A DNA stretch of 64,000 nucleotides from Eledone cirrhosa (taxonomy: Eukaryota). Positions within the stretch are counted from its first letter, which is position 1. Every line of letters begins with the position of its first letter. The position numbers and the translations under genes were made by a program. The notes under the pieces are model-generated. The model had not been told where the DNA came from and ran no database searches. It was given only the letters and a program-made list of their open reading frames with translations. Shown piece after piece: positions 57,001-64,000 of the stretch. Where the stretch lies: positions 53,010,001 through 53,074,000 of the forward strand of contig OZ024745.1 in NCBI GenBank assembly GCA_964016885.1, written 5' to 3'.

Positions 57001-58534
57001 AGATATATCCAAGGGCCACCATAAAATCGCGGTCAGACTCACGCTTTTCCCTACTACCTTTTACTTTTTTTTTTGGAAATCCCTCATTTCATCCTTGCAT
57101 ATATAATTCTTTTACGTTTCTTAACATATTCTATATCCCTGTACGACTATCAATTTTGTGATATATATTAGGTGTTGGCATAGTCTAATCTACATCCCTT
57201 GCGTACTTGCTGCGAGGCTATTTATTCTAAGTCATATGTTACCGGTGCTTTGAGAAAGTAACACCAAATATCAGCCCAGGTCATATCAATGAATCGAAAG
57301 AAGAGGAATTTTTTTATTTCATATACTTTCTGTTTTTCTCTGTTCAACTTCTAGCTTTCTGATGAAGTCATAACAGTTGCATAACATTTATCACCGAAAT
57401 ATATATAACAGCGTTTCTAGCCTGTTGACATGATTATAATTATACACTGGATTCAACAGACCCACTTGTGTATTTCGTTGAGTGATCATTCCTGCATACA
57501 ATAGAGAAGGTGCATGCCTGTGTGTGTGGGGGGGGGGGGAATTACTTTTCATAGAGAGATTATATTGCTTATGAATCACTAAACAATATCAATCAGATTG
57601 TGGTATTTAAAAAGTACCTCATTCGGAAAATCCCTAGATATTTGTTTTATCTTAATCCGTGCAATGGATTTATTTGCGTAATTTGCCTTATTTCATGTTT
57701 TCCTCTATAATTCTTAACTGAATCGGAAAGAATTATGGCTACAATTAACTGCGCAGTGCAGTAACAGTAGCGTTAATGCGCGTGACTAAATGCTTAAACA
57801 GTTTTCACACTTTATTTCCATCGTTAAAACTCTGGTGGTGTCAATAATACAAGCCATGTATGCTGTACTATCGTTTCAATGGATTAATAAACTTTCTATT
57901 CAGATACAAAAAAACATTTCTTGGCTTTACGCCATTGCAAGAAATCATTTTTACAAATAATGGTATTTTGCATTGTACCTCCGAAACTATATAGATTATA
58001 TTAACACACATTAAATTTAAATTACTTCATATTTAGATAGCAAAAAAAAAACATAAATGAAAAGAATCCACAGAAAAAAAAATGTCTTTGAAAGGTACTG
58101 AAAACAATTATTGAAATACATTTTAAAATCTAGGCTACCATCCAGAAATTGGTGAAATAAAGATATATATATCTGATATGTTAATTAAGATGATTATATT
58201 TTCGTTTTAGATTTGGTTTTCTATTTTTTATTCTTCTTTACTTTTATTTTATAGTATAATAGCAATTTTTATCTTTTCTGGGTACTTTAGTACAGGCTAA
58301 AAGAATATATTTGTCTTTTCTAGCACGGCTATAAATATCCGCGGAAATCATTTCAATTGTCTATTATTTCATATGTAAATTTCTGGATAGACCTTTCATC
58401 TGTCCTTTTGTTATAAGGTGAATCTATTGATCAATGATGTTAATGGCTTTTACTTGACTACGTCTTTTGAAATCACTAGGATTATTTATGTTACACAGAC
58501 AGCACTGTTATATATACAAAAACAGACACTCTTA

Positions 58535-58934
<400 letters not shown>

Positions 58935-59782
58935 GACATATATGTATACTTATGCGCACACATGTTTATATGCGTGTACAGGGATAAATACGTTCGTGTT
59001 TGAAAATGTATGATTATGAGCATATGCATATGTGTCTGTGCACGTGTGTGTGTGTGTGCGTGTGGGTATATTTTGTAAGTGTGTTGAAGATATAGAAGAT
59101 TATCTATAATATATTATCTGTTTGCTTTAAAAAATCTACGCATTTTGTAAAAATTCAAATTCACACATTTAAAAAGAAACGCACGGAGATACCCATAGTC
59201 ATATATTTGTTTATATATATTTGTACTTCTTTTAACTTGCACTTACTTTATTTGCTTTTTATCACTTCACATCAATAAAAATGTCTCGTGCTAGGCTTTA
59301 AGAGAGCAATGATAAATTTAAGTTACTTAAACTTCTTTAATAATAAGTTCTGTTAATGTATTTTAATTATAATGTATTATCTCTCATGATTTATAGTTAT
59401 TTTCAGTGTTTGATTATTGTACTTTTGCTTACTGAACTTTTACTGTCTAAATATTTTACATTTCAGCTTTCAATTCAATCATTCAGAAGGTATCCATTAG
59501 AATGAAATACAACGATCGGTAAAGCCTTCATTTTGTTTTCTACTTTACATTATTATTATTATATTTTTTTTTAATATTTGTTATCATTTGTTTTGTTCTA
59601 CTTCTTGACTTCGCAAATAACTTATACATATAACTTACATACGCATAAAATCTACGTAGACAGAAGTGCATAATTACTGCCGAAATACAAACATATGCGT
59701 GATTTATTATTGAACTTTTCTTTTGAAGTATATATATGTATGAATGTGTATACATATATATATATATATACATGCATACAGT

Positions 59783-59864
<82 letters not shown>

Positions 59865-59867
<3 letters not shown>

Positions 59868-60054
59868 ATTATTATGTAATAAACAACATAAGGCAATTAT
59901 TCCATTTACCAGTGGTTTCTTAAAAGCAAAAGGTTTTGCTTTCAATCCTCAGAATGAAAAAACCTGGTGAGGATTGAAAGCAAAACCTTTTGCTTTTAAG
60001 AAACCACTGGTAAATGGAATAATTGCCTTATGTTGTTTATTACATAATAATAAT
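59865..60054. repeat. Perfect inverted repeat (arms about 59865-59951 and 59968-60054) between (TA)n tracts
   Basis: Reverse-complement arms with a 16-nt spacer. Confidence 0.95.
59900..59959 (-). ncRNA. Canonical type I hammerhead ribozyme
   Basis: Minus strand: TTTCATT-CTGAGGA-TTGAAAGCAAAA(cc)TTTTGCTTTTAA-GAA-ACC(act)GGT-A-AATGGAA. Confidence 0.85.
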
Positions 60055-60123
60055 TAAGCTCTGTTGCTTACATAGAGCACTCTTTTTTCCTGGACTTTTC
60101 CGACGGAATTACTTCATTCATCA

Positions 60124-60201
<78 letters not shown>

Positions 60202-60896
60202 ATGTGAATTTGCCATCGTAATTTTGGCTGAAAGCAACACGAACCGATACCTTGGGAATGGCCCGATCAACACTCAACGGGATGAATTTGTTGTTTCAGG
60301 CCGAAAAATATTGATTAATGTTTGAAAGGGATTTGTAGAGAATATGTAGAGAATGTGCAGTTATCGAAAATGTCATTAATAATAACCCTTAAAAAATTCA
60401 TTTACCTGAACCTGATGATTTCTGCTGCAACTGGCTGTAAATGTGATTGAATGCATAACCTCACATCTAATAGTTATGAGGCGGCTTCATCAGCAAACAT
60501 TATTCTTTTTGAGTTGTATGGCATTCAGGAGATTATGCGGATGCCCGGCACTGTCACATTAGTTAGTTTTAAACCACAGCTTCGAAAGACTAAAAATTGC
60601 CTCGAAACTCGACACTAACTTTCAATAGAATTTATATTACTATTCTATATAATAGGTATATATCGTCGTTATCGTTGCGGAAGGTAACGCGTGTAGGTAA
60701 ATCTGGAATTACATGATTAGCACTAAGTTGTAAAGTAAATGAATTCGTTATCTCAGAGTGGCGATAGTTAATTGGATTGTGAAAGAGCATTGTTCTGAAT
60801 GTATTGACATCGTGCAGGAATCAGACAAGAAGCAATATGCAGAGAAAATTCATTGAGCTGAACCTGTCTGTATTTAATTAGAATAATGATGATAAT

Positions 60897-60980
60897 AATA
60901 ATGTTTTCTGATATAGGCACAAGCCCAGCAATTTTGGATTAAATCAATTCCTGTTAGTGACTGGTACTTTATTTATTCAG
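60897..60980 (-). mobile_element. SINE 3' fragment
   Basis: TAGGCACAAGCCCAGCAATTTT...ACTGGTACTTTATTT, as in 16640 and 27895. Confidence 0.6.
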
Positions 60981-61601
60981 TGATAATAATAAGAAGAAGA
61001 AAAAATTAAGATGGTAAATATACAGTGAGTGTTTCGAAAATTATCGGCACAAATTATGAGCATTTTCGAAATTTATAGAAATCTGGTGGAAACTCGAGCA
61101 TAAGGAACCGCTGTTAAAACAGCCGAATGCATTCAATGAAAACAGCATGAAATGTGGGTGAAAAGGCCAGAAATTAGTAGCCAGTGATCGGTATGGAGTC
61201 ACAGAAAGTTGTGAGAGAGGTGAAAGTTACTTGAGGCCTATAGATGATTGATGGAAGCGTCTAGTGGAATGTAGGAATGATGTGTAAAGGAGAAAGGAAA
61301 GCAAGTGGACACTAAGGTTACAATAAGAGTCGAGATTTAAGTTACAATAACATACAAGACGATATATAATCACAAACACATTGAAACTACATCAGCTCTC
61401 ACATGACAGGCAGTTTCGCACACATAATGAGAGGACTACAATTGTTTTATACCGATTTGTGCGGCAGAATATAAATATACATTTTTACTGATATAATGCC
61501 TGTGTGATGAGAGAAAAAATGAAAAGGAACTGATGTGTCTCTGGTTGTGCACCGTCTTATGTGTTATGTAACTTTATAATACGATAGATAGATGTACCCA
61601 C

Positions 61602-61652
<51 letters not shown>
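61602..61652. repeat. (GATA)n microsatellite at the LINE 3' junction
   Basis: Direct reading. Confidence 0.97.
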
Positions 61653-61654
61653 CA

Positions 61655-64000
61655 TAACTTTCTTTTTATTTGCCACCAGGGCATCAAAGAGTGGGATAAG
61701 TACAATGGAGGGAGTTTACATAAAAAGGCGTCCTCACTAAGGAGGAAGCAATAACAAAATATAAAAATATAAAATATAAAACATAACAAAAATAAATTGA
61801 AAAACAAAATCCTCAATAGGGAGGAGGCGCCATGGGGGTCGCCCCCCCCCCCTCGAAAAAAGTGTGCAACCCTTCTCCTCAGGAGCACAGAGAGAGGGTG
61901 CTCCCATGATCTTTCATCTTTCCCACCTACAGTCTGATGTAGAGTAAAGGCCCATTCACACAGGCCATTCTCCCCACGTTCACCCATCTTTCATAGAAAC
62001 GGCTGGGGTGCAGCACCTCTCTCTCCATCCTGATCCTTCTTCCGAAATGATATCGGAAGAAACGGACCAGTTGTTGGCCAGAGAAAGCTGTCTGACCTCA
62101 GTCCTTTCAGACACGTCCACCATACAACCTCTTTCGCCATGGCTATTACACACAGAAACACCGCCTCTCCTTCGTTTTTGAAGAAGGGAGGCGGCTTGAT
62201 CGTTACAATAGACTCGGTGGTCAACCGGATCGGTCCCACCCTTGACAGCAGTTGTTCAACATAGTCCCACAGATCGGCAATGCCCGAGCAGTGTACCAAT
62301 GCGTGTGCAACGGTTTCCTCGTCGCACACGCATTTGGGACAGATCTTTTTCGAGGGGTCCCTACCCGGGCGCCCGTGTCTGTAGAGCCTTTCTCGAACGG
62401 GCAGAGCCCCTCGGTAGCACTGCCAGGCCAGGGACCTCTGGAAGTTATCCATGGGTCCTGGGTTGAATGTCCTACCGAACAGGTTGGCCAGTTCGTCTTC
62501 CTCCATGCCTAAGGCTTCTCCGAGGGCATCGTCGCACCTGCTAACCACCAGCCCTCTATAGAATGACGAGGTGGATTCTCCACTGACAGCCGGGTCCGCC
62601 TGTCAGAGGGCCGTGAGCGCCTGGGCACACGCGGTGTGCCAGGCGCCCAGTTTTCTCGGTCTTTGCTTGACCCAGGATTGCAGCTCGGTGAGCGAGACGA
62701 GTAGACGAGTCTGGAAAAGGCTCGCCTTACAAACGGGGCCCACACCGGTTGACCGGTGAGGAATACCTGGAGGTGCCGTAGCCTTAATGCGTGTTTACAT
62801 AGCATTAGCCACGGCATCCCCAGCCCTCCTTTCGAAGGGTGTTGACAGCAGATGGATATCCTCACCATAAGAGCCCGCTTCGTCCAAAGGAATTGGAAGA
62901 GTGCGCGCTCCATTTTGGCGAGCGTTTCCCTTGGGCAAGGCACAACGGTCAGGCGGAGGTAGATGACAGACGCTATATAAGTGTTCGCCACCTCCGCTCG
63001 ACCTTTAAGGGACAGTTTGCACTCGGCCCACTTCTGGGTCAGTGCAAACACCCTGTTCGTTACCTCACCCCAGTTCTTCTCCACCTCGAGATCTGGTCCG
63101 AACCAGACCCCGAGCAACTTCACTGGGCCCTCCGTCCAGCGCCCGACGACGCTATCGGAGGGCATCGATCTCCCTCTCTACGTGCCGAATTGCAGACCGA
63201 TCGACTTGTCCCGGTTCAGCTAGGCCCCTGTAAACCTTTCGTACTTATCCAGTAAGGTGCCGATCGCCCCGATTTCCGAGGCCGTCGACACCATTACTGT
63301 TACGTTATCGGTGTAGGCCGACATCGCTTTCCGCAATCCCGGTCCAACGGGATGCCGTGCAACAACTCCAACTTCCGAAGCAGTGGCTCTAGAGTCATTA
63401 CATACAGAAGAGAGGAGAGAGGGCACCCTTGTCGGATGGACCGCGCGATTTCGAACGGCTCCGAGAGGTAGCCGTTCAGCTTGACCCTAGAGCAGATGCA
63501 GCTGCTGTGCATGGCATTGATCCAGCCCCTGAAAACAGGTCCGAAGCCTGCCGCCGCTAGCACCGCATCCAGGTAACCATGGTCGACCCTATCGAACGCC
63601 TTAGATTGATCCACGTTGATCAGGGCCCCACCAAAGCCGGGTTCGTTCCCAACCCTCTCTTTGATGTATCGCATGAGGTAGAGGTTGCCGTGGATGGACC
63701 TGGACGGGCTAGTACATGTCTGCGCATCTCCCACCAGGTTGCCCACGACAAGCGCCAACCTCTTTTCTAGCACTTTGGCCAAAATCTGTAACTCTATATT
63801 TAGCAGAGTTATGGGCCTGAAATTATTTATATCGTCCCCCTTGTTCTCGTCCTTCCTCACTAGCGTGATTACGCCCTTGGTCACAGCACAGGGAATTCTC
63901 CTGTTCTGTTACCAGTTTCAGTAGACCGCCTCGAGGAGATCGGGGAAAAGTCCGGCATAGCTAGATATAGTTCGTATGGAAGACCATCGAGACCCGGGGA
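61655..64000 (-). mobile_element. Tx1/L1-clade LINE, ORF2 RT-to-CCHC region, frameshifted, running off the window
   Basis: FRPITLLN, DQSKAFDRVDH, RQGCPLS, AYTDNV, LSLKGRA, GGLGMP and CPKC..ETVAHALVHC, with AATAAA at the 3' end. Confidence 0.93.

Noticed and set aside
60200-60700. IMFADEA-like motif on the minus strand, suggesting Tc1/mariner
   Set aside because: Single short motif; too decayed to delimit

Overview
AT-rich animal genomic DNA dominated by (TA)n, (CA)n, (GA)n and (GATA)n microsatellites. The tRNA-derived SINE type and the repeat spectrum suggest an octopus-like coleoid cephalopod, which is an inference. No intact host protein-coding gene is recognisable, and most listed ORFs are microsatellite read-through. 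The window is a nest of retroelements. Penelope-like elements (PLEs) of several lineages are present: a near-intact RT+GIY-YIG element in a partial-tandem plus inverted arrangement at 3247-8278, decayed copies at 20299-22436, 34826-38590, 38601-40441 and 53006-54523, and smaller fragments. There are also Tx1/L1-like, RTE-like and R4-like LINE remnants, SINEs, a non-autonomous Helitron and decayed Tc1/mariner pieces. The main hidden layer is RNA structure. I could fold by eye about 15 type-I hammerhead ribozyme (HHR) or HHR-like motifs. They include canonical cores, U3-A8 covariant cores, U4C cores and long stem-II forms, nearly all with a palindromic stem III. They sit in PLE pseudo-LTRs, in small palindromic insertions within (TA)n, and in a 482-bp retrozyme-like tandem at 47485-48265. 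All folds and family assignments are manual and untested.
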